Notes under the pieces: generated by a model
Databases searched by the model: none
Seen by the model: the letters and a program-made list of their open reading frames with translations, nothing else
Told to the model about the DNA's origin: nothing
Shown here: positions 9,480 to 18,474 of the stretch, piece after piece
How the letters are laid out: each line of letters opens with the position of its first letter
How positions within the stretch are numbered: position 1 is the stretch's first letter
Made by a program: the position numbers and the translations under genes
Assembly (NCBI GenBank): GCA_031402635.1
Contig: JANNSM010000277.1
Coordinates: forward strand, 1 to 37,715
Direction: 5' to 3'
From: Bacteroidota bacterium
Lineage (GTDB): Bacteria > Bacteroidota > Bacteroidia > Chitinophagales > BACL12
Length of the DNA: 37,715 nt

Positions 9480-10256
9480 ATGAAAAAACTAATTCTCAGC
9501 ATCTGCGCCATCATTTTGAATGTTATTCCGCTTTTTGCTCAAATACCACTTGAAACAGCCAAAAAAGATTTTACATATTCCTTTGTTATGTCTGGTGGAA
9601 CCAATGCTTCAACGGTGGCATGGCATCCCGGTTTGAATTTATACTTCACGGTTATTGCCGGCAATAATGAATTCCCATTGGAAGCCTTTGACGGGGATGG
9701 TACGAACAAGTACTCCGCTATGGCAAATGCTGATGTCCGCGGCATGTGGTACAACAGCCAAACAAAGAGTCTTGAAGTAAACTATGCCGGCGAATTGGGT
9801 TGGGCAAAAGTTTCCGTTAGTAAAAACCTTACCGGGCATAATGTCACGGTCATTCATGAAGGTCAGTTTCAACCGGACTTTCAGTCTGTTGGCACGTTCG
9901 ATGATCTGGCAAAAAGTGTAGCCTTTCTGAATATTGCTGAAGGCACGATTGATTTGTACAATGCTAAAAAGCCAGAGAAAATTAATTCCATCAGTCTGAA
10001 ATTCAATTCAGCCAGTACGGAGGATTTTAATCAAACTACGCTGGGGTATACCGGTGTTAAAGGGTATGAATATGTGCTTCTGAATGTCACGGATCGCAGT
10101 TTGATTTATTTCAATAGAAAAGGTACAGAGGCTGGCAGAACCGATCTGCCGGATGATGCAATACTTTCTGATTTTTTTAAGTTCTCCTATGCCAGGAACC
10201 GCGCATTTCTGTACGATTCAGAATCACGAATCTGGACAGCCTACAAAGCATTTTAA
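9480..10256 (+). CDS. hypothetical secreted protein
   Basis: 258 aa with a clear signal peptide (MKKLILSICAIILNVIPLFAQ). I recognise no motif. Clean ORF in an AT-rich patch. Confidence 0.7.
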   Translation: MKKLILSICAIILNVIPLFAQIPLETAKKDFTYSFVMSGGTNASTVAWHPGLNLYFTVIAGNNEFPLEAFDGDGTNKYSAMANADVRGMWYNSQTKSLEVNYAGELGWAKVSVSKNLTGHNVTVIHEGQFQPDFQSVGTFDDLAKSVAFLNIAEGTIDLYNAKKPEKINSISLKFNSASTEDFNQTTLGYTGVKGYEYVLLNVTDRSLIYFNRKGTEAGRTDLPDDAILSDFFKFSYARNRAFLYDSESRIWTAYKAF

Positions 10257-10265
10257 ATTCCACCC

Positions 10266-10697
10266 CTACCCTGCCGGATATTCAACAAAATTCCGGTCGG
10301 TTTCATAGAGCCGGATATGAAGATCCAATCCGGGGTCAAGCACTGCGCGAAGGCGGTTGTACACCACCACGGCGATGTTTTCGGCTGTTGGATTAAGCCC
10401 GGAGAAATCCGGTACATCCAGGTTCAGGTTTTTGTGATCGAAGCGGTCCGTAACTTCTTCCGCAATCATATCCTTGAGAACTTTCAGATCCATTACATAG
10501 CCGGTCTGAGGATCGATCGAACCAGTTACCCGAACGATCAGCTTATAGTTGTGCCCATGCCAGTTGGGATTATTGCATAACCCGAAGATGGCATCGTTGT
10601 GCTCCATCGTCCAGTCGGGGCGAAAAAGCCGGTGGGCGGCGTTAAACCGGGCTTCGCGAAATACAGAAACCCTGGGGGTTGATGTTTGAGCGGGCAT
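10266..10697 (-). CDS. queD: 6-carboxy-5,6,7,8-tetrahydropterin synthase (queuosine biosynthesis)
   Basis: PTPS/QueD signatures: RFNAAHRL, CNNPNWHGHNY, and FDHKNLNLDVPDF followed shortly by NPTAENIAV. Start placed at ATG 10697; the longer tracked ORF adds a non-conserved 23-aa extension. Confidence 0.9.
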   Translation of the reverse strand: MPAQTSTPRVSVFREARFNAAHRLFRPDWTMEHNDAIFGLCNNPNWHGHNYKLIVRVTGSIDPQTGYVMDLKVLKDMIAEEVTDRFDHKNLNLDVPDFSGLNPTAENIAVVVYNRLRAVLDPGLDLHIRLYETDRNFVEYPAG

Positions 10698-10930
10698 AAT
10701 ACCTGTAAAATTAACAATAGCCGGCCTTGCAAACGTTCTTTTCCCCGTTGATTGCTGCTTCCCCAATCTCCTAAGGATCGGTATCTTTGAACGATATCCT
10801 TATCTGACAAGGCCCGGGGAACGCTTGATCCGTGATTTATATCTCAGATTAGAACGAAACGGTTCAGCGGAAATTCCAAACCGGTCTATCTGCCTTTCCC
10901 AATCCACTTCGCCGGATAAGGACAAAGAAC

Positions 10931-12115
10931 ATGTTGTTCAAAGACCTCATCGGACACGGCGATATCGCCTCTTCTCTGCTTCGCGGCAAAGCGGAGGGCA
11001 GGCTTCCCCATGCACTGTTATTTTTAGGTCCCGGGGGAAATGGAGCCCTCCCGCTCGCACAAGCCTTTGCCGGTTATGTCAATTGCGAACTGCCCCGTAC
11101 TGACGACGCCTGCGGAATCTGCCCTTCATGCCAAAAGGCAGCAAAATTCATTCACCCGGACATCCACTATTCCTATCCGGTCATCACCATCGGCACCGGA
11201 TCTAAAAGCCAGCAGAAACACAAATCCACGGACTATATCGTTGAGTGGCGTCAGTTTTTACAAGAACAGCCTTATGGGATCTACGAAGATTGGATGAATC
11301 TTCTCGATGAAAATTCCGCAGATGGAACGGGCAACAAGCAGGGAAATATTCCCAAAGAAGAAGTCCTGGATATACAGCGCAAACTCAGTCTGAAGACTTT
11401 TGAGAACGGCTTTAAAGTGCTGGTCATGTGGCTCCCGGAACACCTCGGCAACGAAGGAAACCGACTGCTGAAACTGATCGAAGAACCGCCGGACAAAACG
11501 CTGTTTATCCTGGTAGCCGAAGATGCCGACCGGATATTGCCTACCATCATATCCCGAACGCAGGTTATTCGCGTGCCCAGACACAGCGATGATTCCATCG
11601 CTAACGCACTTGAACTGCAGCAGGGATTGCCCAAAGCGGAAGCGCTTGCGTTAGCCGGGATCGCCGAAGGCAGTTACCGAAATGCTCTGGAGTCGCTCAA
11701 AGGCGGGGGCGCTGCCGTGGAAGATTCGTTCCGTCAGTGGGTTGATCTTGTTTCGCGCTGGCAGGTACTAAGTCTGTTTTCCTGGATGGAAGAATTTCAA
11801 AAACTGGGCCGCGAAAAACAAAAACATTTCTTCGGCTACGGTTTACACTTCATCAGGTCCTGTTATCTCCAAAGTCTCGGCGCAGGGGTTGCAGAAGCAG
11901 GAAAAGGCCCTTCGATTGCCCATCTGCTCCCGCCGGATGGCTGGGAGAAGCTCGCCGCTGATCTGGAAAAATGCGCATACTACCTTTCCAGAAATGCAAA
12001 CACAAAATTGGTTATGATGAACCTCTCCTTGCGTTTCTCCCGGAATATTCAGGAACTTCAACTCGCCCGGAACGGAAAAGGTGCCTCTGCCGGAACACCT
12101 TTCCCCCGACAATAA
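10931..12115 (+). CDS. holB: DNA polymerase III subunit delta-prime
   Basis: 394 aa. AAA+ clamp-loader layout: HALLFLGPGGNGALPLAQAFA, a zinc module (CGICPSCQK), KLIEEPP and TIISRTQ. Confidence 0.9.
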   Translation: MLFKDLIGHGDIASSLLRGKAEGRLPHALLFLGPGGNGALPLAQAFAGYVNCELPRTDDACGICPSCQKAAKFIHPDIHYSYPVITIGTGSKSQQKHKSTDYIVEWRQFLQEQPYGIYEDWMNLLDENSADGTGNKQGNIPKEEVLDIQRKLSLKTFENGFKVLVMWLPEHLGNEGNRLLKLIEEPPDKTLFILVAEDADRILPTIISRTQVIRVPRHSDDSIANALELQQGLPKAEALALAGIAEGSYRNALESLKGGGAAVEDSFRQWVDLVSRWQVLSLFSWMEEFQKLGREKQKHFFGYGLHFIRSCYLQSLGAGVAEAGKGPSIAHLLPPDGWEKLAADLEKCAYYLSRNANTKLVMMNLSLRFSRNIQELQLARNGKGASAGTPFPRQ

Positions 12116-12123
12116 ATAAACCT

Positions 12124-13902
12124 ATGGCCTGCACCAATTGCGGAAGCGCCACCTTAGGCGAAAAGCCAGCCGGATGCAATAGCAATGGCTCCTGTCTGAC
12201 CGGCGGCTGCAATCGCCTGAATGCATTTGACTGGCTCGCATCTGTACCCATCCCGGAAGATCAGCGATTCAACGTGGTGGAAGTGAGTTTTAAGCATGGA
12301 AGTCGCAAAGATTTCTACCGGAATTCTTCGCGCCTTGATATTATGACCGGCGACCTGGTTGTTGTAGAAACTGAAGGCGGATATGATGTTGGCCGTATTT
12401 CGCTTTCCGGTGAATTGGTAAAAATTCAAATGCGAAAAAAGCATGGTTCAGACCGGCGGCGTAGGGATCTTCCCCGTGTGCTTCGCAAAGCGCGCGACAA
12501 AGACCTGGAAAACCTTACGGAAGCAAGAGCCCGGGAAGGTGCCATCATGTTACGCGCCCGTCAGTTGGCCCGCGAAGCCGGTCTGACCATGAAAATAGGC
12601 GACGTAGAATTCCAGGGAGATCTCCGCAAGGCGACCTTCTCTTATACCTCCGATGACCGGGTGGATTTCCGGGACCTTATCCGGCAGTTTGCACAGGAAT
12701 TCCGAATCAAAGTAGATATGCGTCAGATCGGGGCGCGTCAGGAAGCCGGAAAAATCGGTGGAATCGGCTCTTGTGGCCGCGAACTGTGCTGCTCCACCTG
12801 GTTGACGGAGTTTCAATCGGTAAGCACATCTGCTGCCCGCTACCAGAACCTTGCGATTAACCAGAGCAAACTTTCCGGCCAATGCGGAAGGCTAAAGTGC
12901 TGTCTGAACTACGAACTGGAAACTTATGTCCAGGGTATGAAGGCTTTCCCTAAAGGCGCCAAGCGGTTGAAAACGCAGGACGGCGAAGCGGTTTTACAAA
13001 AAACCGACCTATTCAGGGTGTTGATGTACTACAGCGTCCCGGAAACGGAAAGCGCGGAGCAGTTTGCGTTGACCCCGGATAAGGTCCGGGAAATTCAGGC
13101 TGCCAATGAGCGCGGTGAACTGGCGCCGTCCCTGAACGGCATCGCTGTTGTGGATGTCCCAACAGGTCCTGTAGAGGTCGAATTCGTGGAAAGTGCGCAG
13201 GTCAGCCTGCGAACCCTTGAACGCAGTGCACGCAAGAGGCATGGAGGCCGGGGCAGCGACAACCGCGGCGGCGACAACCGCGGCGGCGATCGTCGCGCTG
13301 TGGATGACCGGGGCGGCGACAGCCGCGGCGGAGATCGTCGCGGTGGGGATGACCGGGGCGGTAAAACGCGCAATAACGACCGGGATAACCGGGGCACCGG
13401 AACAGGATCGGCTGAAAAAGACAGGAGAAAAGAAGGGACGCCGAAAGACAAAGGCAAAAAGGAGGAAAAGCGGAACCGGCAGGAAGGCGATTTTGCAAGA
13501 AACCCCGATTTGGAACGAACAATTGTTCCTGGAGAAAACGCCGACGGCGAAAAGAAGCGCAAAAAGAAGAAGAAAAAGAAAAAAGGTCCGCGGCCGGAAA
13601 ATGGATCGTCTCCAGGTGGAATCCAGGGCGGAGCCGACCCCTCCACCGTGATGAAAACTGACCCAGGAAGCCCCGCCGGCAGTATTGATCAGGGCATTCA
13701 GGATTGGCCAGTCCGCAACGGCATCGGATCCGTCCAACATAGATTCCGTTTCCCGGTTGGGAGAAGCTACAGAGCCAGTGTCCAGATGATCCCTTCCAAT
13801 TACGATCGGCGCTTTCAACCTTCCGTCCCGAACCGCCTGGTTAAAAGCCAATCCCGCCTTTTCCCTTTCCCCTTGCCCCAGCCAACATATGCGCGCCGGT
13901 AG
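12124..13902 (+). CDS. PSP1 / RicT (YaaT)-family protein with a long low-complexity C-terminal tail; 3' end uncertain
   Basis: ATG at 12124, 9 nt after holB, the same order as holB-yaaT in Bacillus. Cys-rich N-terminus and a PSP1 C-terminal domain ([26 protein letters not shown]). Coding signal is convincing to ~13600. The frame stays open to 13902 only by reading antisense of hutU. Confidence 0.85.
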   Translation: MACTNCGSATLGEKPAGCNSNGSCLTGGCNRLNAFDWLASVPIPEDQRFNVVEVSFKHGSRKDFYRNSSRLDIMTGDLVVVETEGGYDVGRISLSGELVKIQMRKKHGSDRRRRDLPRVLRKARDKDLENLTEARAREGAIMLRARQLAREAGLTMKIGDVEFQGDLRKATFSYTSDDRVDFRDLIRQFAQEFRIKVDMRQIGARQEAGKIGGIGSCGRELCCSTWLTEFQSVSTSAARYQNLAINQSKLSGQCGRLKCCLNYELETYVQGMKAFPKGAKRLKTQDGEAVLQKTDLFRVLMYYSVPETESAEQFALTPDKVREIQAANERGELAPSLNGIAVVDVPTGPVEVEFVESAQVSLRTLERSARKRHGGRGSDNRGGDNRGGDRRAVDDRGGDSRGGDRRGGDDRGGKTRNNDRDNRGTGTGSAEKDRRKEGTPKDKGKKEEKRNRQEGDFARNPDLERTIVPGENADGEKKRKKKKKKKKGPRPENGSSPGGIQGGADPSTVMKTDPGSPAGSIDQGIQDWPVRNGIGSVQHRFRFPVGRSYRASVQMIPSNYDRRFQPSVPNRLVKSQSRLFPFPLPQPTYARR

Positions 13903-15102
13903 CCCCTGGAAAGCAATTTTTTCCCTGGCCATCTTCAACCAACGATGAAGACCCCGGTTATCGGGAAACAGTTCCATCAGCATCTTGTCTGTTGAATAGA
14001 TGTCCTGAGGATCACCCGAAAGGGCCACCCAGCGGAATGGACCCTTTCCTTCGCAAAAAAGAGGGCGAATATAGGCCGGAACAAATCCGGGAAAATCAAA
14101 AGCATTGAGCACTCCCCTGGCCAGGGCCTGGCCGCGGAGATTGTTGCCATAATCAAAAGTCACCGCGCCTCGATTTTGCAATTCCAACATTTGCCGCACG
14201 TGGCGGGCCATCGTATCCAGCGAGCGTTCAATATACGCTGCCGGGTTAGCGTGGCGAAGCGCATTGGCCTGCTCTACGCTCAGCCCTTCCGGAAAATAGC
14301 CGTTCAATTCGTCGTGTGCCGAAGTCTGATCGGTCAGCGTATCCGGTGTTATGTTGCGGTCAATAAGCCGTTGCAGCAGATCCACGATATTTCCGACAAC
14401 ACCAATAGAAACCGGCTCGCCCTTTTCACGAGCTTGAAGTGCGCGGTCAATGGCCAGGTCCATATCGTCCATCATTTCGTCAATGTAGCGAGTTTCCAGC
14501 CGCTTGCGAACTCGCCAGGCCTCCATTTCCGCAGCGAGGCAAACACCCTGGTTCATGGTGATGGCCAGAGGTTGAGCGCCGCCCATACCCCCCAAACCAG
14601 CGGTAACATTCAATTTACCTTTCAGGACACCATTAAAATGTTTATCGGCCAATGCCAGGTAGGTTTCATAAGTACCCTGAACAATGCCCTGTGATCCAAT
14701 GTAAATCCAGGAACCGGCAGTCATTTGGCCGTACATCATCAGCCCTTTCTGCTCCAGTTCCCGGAAGTGTTCCCAGTTGGCCCATCGGCCCACGAGGTTG
14801 CTATTGGCGATGAGAACTCTGGGAGCATCCGCATGGGATCGCAGAATTCCCACAGGTTTTCCAGACTGAATCAGAAGGGTTTCGTCATCTTCCAAATCGC
14901 GGAGCGCTTTTACAATCAGTTCGAAACATTCCCAATTCCTGGCAGCCTTACCGGTACCCCCATAGACAATCAACTCTTCCGGTCGCTCGGCAACTTCAGG
15001 GTCAAGATTGTTGCACAACATTCGAAGAGCTGCTTCCTGTACCCAACCCTTACAACTCCTTTCATTGCCCCGGGCAGCGCGTATGGTTCTTACTTTTTCC
15101 AT
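13009..15102 (-). CDS. hutU: urocanate hydratase; only 13633-15102 carries homology, canonical C-terminus absent (possible pseudogene or assembly junction)
   Basis: The N-terminal ~490 aa are classic urocanase: [88 protein letters not shown] and [11 protein letters not shown]. After HHGGGVG the reading frame is the antisense of the PSP1 tail and no MGxSxHxG... continuation exists in any frame. Confidence 0.8.
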   Translation of the reverse strand: MEKVRTIRAARGNERSCKGWVQEAALRMLCNNLDPEVAERPEELIVYGGTGKAARNWECFELIVKALRDLEDDETLLIQSGKPVGILRSHADAPRVLIANSNLVGRWANWEHFRELEQKGLMMYGQMTAGSWIYIGSQGIVQGTYETYLALADKHFNGVLKGKLNVTAGLGGMGGAQPLAITMNQGVCLAAEMEAWRVRKRLETRYIDEMMDDMDLAIDRALQAREKGEPVSIGVVGNIVDLLQRLIDRNITPDTLTDQTSAHDELNGYFPEGLSVEQANALRHANPAAYIERSLDTMARHVRQMLELQNRGAVTFDYGNNLRGQALARGVLNAFDFPGFVPAYIRPLFCEGKGPFRWVALSGDPQDIYSTDKMLMELFPDNRGLHRWLKMAREKIAFQGLPARICWLGQGEREKAGLAFNQAVRDGRLKAPIVIGRDHLDTGSVASPNRETESMLDGSDAVADWPILNALINTAGGASWVSFHHGGGVGSALDSTWRRSIFRPRTFFLFLLLFALLFAVGVFSRNNCSFQIGVSCKIAFLPVPLFLLFAFVFRRPFFSPVFFSRSCSGAPVIPVVIARFTAPVIPTATISAAAVAAPVIHSATIAAAVVAAAVVAAPASMPLACTAFKGSQADLRTFHEFDLYRTCWDIHNSDAVQGRRQFTALIGSLNFPDLIRGQRKLLRAFRFRDAVVHQHPE
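13252..13371 (+). repeat. imperfect in-frame tandem repeats encoding (G)GD(N/S/R)R units
   Basis: Two 15-nt units (GGCAGCGACAACCGC and GGCGGCGACAACCGC) at 13252-13281. Two 45-nt units follow at 13282-13326 and 13327-13371, about 37 of 45 identical by hand alignment. Confidence 0.8.
13561..13586 (+). repeat. 26-nt all-purine tract encoding KKKKKKKKG
   Basis: aaaaagaagaagaaaaagaaaaaagg read directly. It is in frame with the PSP1-family ORF. Confidence 0.9.
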
Positions 15103-15312
15103 AATCTATATTGCGTCTTCACAAATTATGCAAAGATGTCCCGGCTAGTTTCACGCTTCATGAATAAATCCAGGCGCGAATTTTCACCCGGAACTTACTT
15201 TTCGCATATTTTGCTCTGCTAAAGATAAGAAGAGCGTAGCTTACTATTTCCGTCTTCATCACCTGACGAAAAACAAGTAAAACTGGATTACAAACCCAAA
15301 TACTCTATAAAT

Positions 15313-16341
15313 CTAATTGAAAGCATTTAATGCTTCCGTTGGTCTTCCGGAATTATCAAATGCTCCAAGGGTATAGCCCTGCCAATTATTATACGATTGA
15401 GGTTCCCAATAAAATACACCCAAAGCCTTCTGATCCGCCACGGATTCAGACTTTGTAATTAAATCCGAAATAAACAAATAAGAGGAAGTAGCTTGATCCC
15501 AACTCATCCCAACTTCCACAATCATTACTTCTTTGCCATAGCGGGCAACCATATCATTCATATTGCTGAGGCATTGGGCATTCAGTGAAGACCAGTTTGT
15601 AGCACCCGGATATAAAGACATACCGATGATATCCCATTTTCCGCCATTACTCTGAAGCCCGTCAAACAGCCATCTGAATAAATTATTATCCCACCCATTG
15701 GAAACATGTACAATCACTTTTGAACAAGGAAACACCGCTTTTACCGCATCGTAGCCTGCCGATACCAGTAGAGCGAAACTTGCCATATTTGAAGAGGCTC
15801 TTCCTTCAGGCCAAAGCATGCCATCATTTGTTTCATTACCTATCTGTACCCATTCCGGATTCACTCCAGCCGCCTTCAGCGCGGTTAATACCTCACTCGT
15901 GTGATTCACCAGTGAGTTCTGCAATGAATCTAAGCTTTGTCCAGCCCAATCTGCAGGTACAATTTGATGAGCAGGGTCTGCCCAGGTATCACTGATATGA
16001 AAATCAATCATGATTCGCATACCAAGATTTCTTGCTCTTATTGCCTTTGCAATAACATCCTCCTGATTATTCCATCCATTTGCAGGATTTACCCAAACTC
16101 TCAAGCGAACAGAATTTAACCCCAGATTCTTTAGGATTAAAATCACGTCTTGTTCAGTCCCTTCGCTGTTGTAGAATTTTCGTCCCTGAGATTCCATTTC
16201 TGTTAACCAACTTATATCCGCCCCTTTTGCAAATTCAATATTGGGTACCGTACAGGGATCTGGTGGTGTGGAGTCACCTTCCTCACAACTAATACTATAG
16301 GCTGAAAAAAGGAATAGAGCAATAACTCTAATAGAAATCAT
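15313..16341 (-). CDS. arabinogalactan endo-beta-1,4-galactanase (glycoside hydrolase family 53)
   Basis: 342 aa, signal peptide. GH53 pattern: GADISWLTEME, VRLRVWVNP, acid/base region VQIGNETN and nucleophile region VMIVEVG. Confidence 0.88.
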   Translation of the reverse strand: MISIRVIALFLFSAYSISCEEGDSTPPDPCTVPNIEFAKGADISWLTEMESQGRKFYNSEGTEQDVILILKNLGLNSVRLRVWVNPANGWNNQEDVIAKAIRARNLGMRIMIDFHISDTWADPAHQIVPADWAGQSLDSLQNSLVNHTSEVLTALKAAGVNPEWVQIGNETNDGMLWPEGRASSNMASFALLVSAGYDAVKAVFPCSKVIVHVSNGWDNNLFRWLFDGLQSNGGKWDIIGMSLYPGATNWSSLNAQCLSNMNDMVARYGKEVMIVEVGMSWDQATSSYLFISDLITKSESVADQKALGVFYWEPQSYNNWQGYTLGAFDNSGRPTEALNAFN

Positions 16342-16461
16342 TGTTTCATAATTGTAATTAATAATATCAAGTTGTCTGGAAGTAATTGACCGGGTACAAA
16401 ATGCCTATACTTTAAAAGCATCTTGTTTATAACTGTTCCTACCATTATTACTATATCACAT

Positions 16462-16818
16462 TCAAATACTCTGACCAAAAGTCAGCAGATTATTATCTGG
16501 ATCTAACATGGCAAATTCCCATTGACCCCATGGCTTTATTTGCAAATGCCCCGCCGGATGTATTTCAAGCTTCTTATCTAACATTTCCTTGTAAAGTGCA
16601 GCAATATCGTCTGTTCGGATGTAAATCTGCCCATAGTTCTCTATTGTGTTGAGTTCCTGAAAAATAAAGAAATGAATCTGTATCCCATCCCTTTCTACCA
16701 TCAGATAGCCGTCATAATCAGCATTGCCAAATTCCTTAAAACCCAACTTATTCAGGTAAAAATCTCTTGCCAATTCTTTATTGCGCATTGGCAATTTAGG
16801 GTGAATACTAGTTAGCAT
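16462..16818 (-). CDS. VOC-superfamily protein, bleomycin-resistance/glyoxalase-like
   Basis: 118 aa with the bleomycin-binding-protein-like layout (ARDFYLNKLGF ... KPWGQWEFAMLDPDNNLLTF). Confidence 0.8.
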   Translation of the reverse strand: MLTSIHPKLPMRNKELARDFYLNKLGFKEFGNADYDGYLMVERDGIQIHFFIFQELNTIENYGQIYIRTDDIAALYKEMLDKKLEIHPAGHLQIKPWGQWEFAMLDPDNNLLTFGQSI

Positions 16819-16915
16819 GTACCTATTTTTTTATTATTAGTAATTTATCAGGCTTTATTAGAATTAACTGATCGCTTACTAATACTCCTGATGTATTTAA
16901 TCGAATAGCTAAATA

Positions 16916-17389
16916 TTAAATTCTGTTTGCGTCTAGTTTCCTATACTTATCTTTCTGGTGCTCTTTGGCATTCCTAAACAGTCCCGCCAGGACTATGCAA
17001 CAAACTACAATCATGGCGAGTGCCAGAGAAACAAGTAAAAAAGAAATTAATCCTTCCAATATCGTGGCCCCTTCTTTTCCACCAGCAATAGGCATCATTT
17101 TGCCAGCGCCTGTAATAGCCGCCGTTGTAACGGCCAAAAAGTTTGCCATTGAGCCATAAATAGTCAGCCAGAATGCAGTCTTTAACCATTTATCCTTTAA
17201 AGCAAGTTTGCCCCATATAAGTCCAAGGATTAATAAAAACAACCCATTCATTATTCCCTCCAGATGAGCCGAAAGCCCCATTCTCGGGTTCGTCATTAAC
17301 GGTATAAAAAGACCGGTCAGTAGCCCAAGTAAAAATAAAAGTATGCCTATTAACAAAAGCCGGTCGGCGTAATGCTCTGTTCTGCTCAT
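16916..17389 (-). CDS. small polytopic membrane protein (possibly hydroxylaminobenzene-mutase-like; tentative)
   Basis: 157 aa with four or more hydrophobic helices. The motif NPRMGLSAHLEGIMNG resembles a family I recall being annotated as hydroxylaminobenzene mutase. This is unverified. Confidence 0.65.
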   Translation of the reverse strand: MSRTEHYADRLLLIGILLFLLGLLTGLFIPLMTNPRMGLSAHLEGIMNGLFLLILGLIWGKLALKDKWLKTAFWLTIYGSMANFLAVTTAAITGAGKMMPIAGGKEGATILEGLISFLLVSLALAMIVVCCIVLAGLFRNAKEHQKDKYRKLDANRI

Positions 17390-17434
17390 GCTTTTTTTAT
17401 TTAAATAATTTTAAGAATTTAAAATTCGGACGAT

Positions 17435-17446
17435 TGCAAATTTGCA
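17435..17446. promoter_or_regulatory. perfect 12-bp palindrome TGCAAATTTGCA
   Basis: Read directly. It lies 46-57 nt upstream of the membrane-protein start (17389, minus strand). Any function is inferred. Confidence 0.25.
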
Positions 17447-17511
17447 GATGAAATCTTTCTCAACGCTGTTCGCTTGCCTCCCTTTGCGATTCTCCAATCG
17501 TCTATTTAAAC

Positions 17512-17931
17512 TCATTCAACGGGTGTCGCTGTTGGAAATTTGGTAGAATCCATATAAAAGATCTCCCAAGTGTGTCCGTCGAAATCCTCTATTGTGCGTT
17601 GTTGCATAAAGCCATAATCTCTCATTTCATGAGGTTCTGACCCTCCAGCATTGAGGCCTTCACTCATTATCCTATTTACTTCATCTACACTATCCACTAA
17701 TAAAGAAAAAAGTCCCGCTAAATTATTTTTAGTATCTGCAAGAGGTTTTGTTGCAAACGTTGCAAATTTATCATGTGTCATAATCATCACGAATATACTT
17801 TCGCTCCATCCCATACACTTTGCCGTTTCATCTGAAAAGTGAGGATTGTTTATAAACCCCATTTTTGTATAAAATTCCATGGACTTATTTACATCCTTAA
17901 CAGCTAAATTTATAAAAATTTGTTTCGCCAT
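17512..17931 (-). CDS. VOC-family (glyoxalase/bleomycin resistance/dioxygenase superfamily) protein
   Basis: 139 aa. MAKQIFINLAVKDVNKSMEFYTKMGF ... DFDGHTWEIFYMD is typical of this family. Confidence 0.85.
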   Translation of the reverse strand: MAKQIFINLAVKDVNKSMEFYTKMGFINNPHFSDETAKCMGWSESIFVMIMTHDKFATFATKPLADTKNNLAGLFSLLVDSVDEVNRIMSEGLNAGGSEPHEMRDYGFMQQRTIEDFDGHTWEIFYMDSTKFPTATPVE

Positions 17932-18005
17932 TTTTTTCGTCTTTAATAGTCAAATCTAATATTTTTTTCCCCATTCTTCTGATGGGTTGTAAACAATAAA
18001 ATGTC

Positions 18006-18197
18006 TCACCAGTATACGAAAATTAAATTTTTTTGTACGGTCTGAGTAAAACAGATGATCATGCCAGTTTCAACGACCTGAGATTCGTCATTTGCATTGG
18101 ACTGTTGAGTCTGGCTGTTCTCTTTTATCTGTCCATTACAACTTGCCCAACAGTTGCACAACAAAAGCAGAAGTCCAAGTTGATATAAACGTTTCAT
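18006..18197 (-). CDS. possible small secreted or lipoprotein-like peptide (weak)
   Basis: 63-aa ORF with a hydrophobic N-terminus (LGLLLLLCNC), 46 nt downstream of the HTH gene. No other support. Confidence 0.25.
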   Translation of the reverse strand: MKRLYQLGLLLLLCNCWASCNGQIKENSQTQQSNANDESQVVETGMIICFTQTVQKNLIFVYW

Positions 18198-18243
18198 TGT
18201 TGATAGGCCTTTGTTGTGGTGCTGAACAAAACGTCAGTCCGCG

Positions 18244-18471
18244 CTAGCGGCTCGGTGTTTTATCATTGTCATCAACATATTCTAAAATGTCACCTGGTTG
18301 ACAATCTATTGCCTTGCAAATTGCTTCTAAGGTACTAAAACGGATTGCTTTTGCCTTTCCTGTCTTTAAGATAGAAAGGTTAGATAATGTCAAATCAACT
18401 CTTTCAGAAAGTTCATTCAGAGAGATTTTCCGTTTTGCCATCATCACATCTAAGTTTACAATGATTGGCAT
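18244..18471 (-). CDS. XRE/Cro-type helix-turn-helix transcriptional regulator (YozG-like)
   Basis: 75 aa. The KRKISLNELSERVDLTLSNLSILKTGKAKAIRFSTLEAICKAIDCQPGDIL pattern is characteristic. Confidence 0.9.
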   Translation of the reverse strand: MPIIVNLDVMMAKRKISLNELSERVDLTLSNLSILKTGKAKAIRFSTLEAICKAIDCQPGDILEYVDDNDKTPSR

Positions 18472-18474
18472 AGC

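Noticed and set aside
10698-10930. Possible preQ1 riboswitch upstream of queD.
   Set aside because: The leader on the queD strand lacks the conserved A-rich tail of preQ1-I aptamers. Only a weak 6-bp inverted repeat is present.
11971-12123. Upstream extension of the PSP1 ORF overlapping the end of holB.
   Set aside because: The extension is an alternative frame of holB. ATG 12124 gives the Cys-rich N-terminus typical of PSP1 proteins and lies 9 nt after the holB stop.
13095-13651. ORFs 13095-13646 (-), 13193-13651 (+) and 13202-13522 (-).
   Set aside because: They are frame-shifted or antisense readings of the GC-rich repeat and purine tract. All are low-complexity (poly-F, PRS-rich or A/T-rich) with no independent support.
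14176-15222. Plus-strand ORFs 14176-14694 and 14725-15222.
   Set aside because: They are antisense to the strongly conserved hutU coding region and the products have no recognisable motifs.
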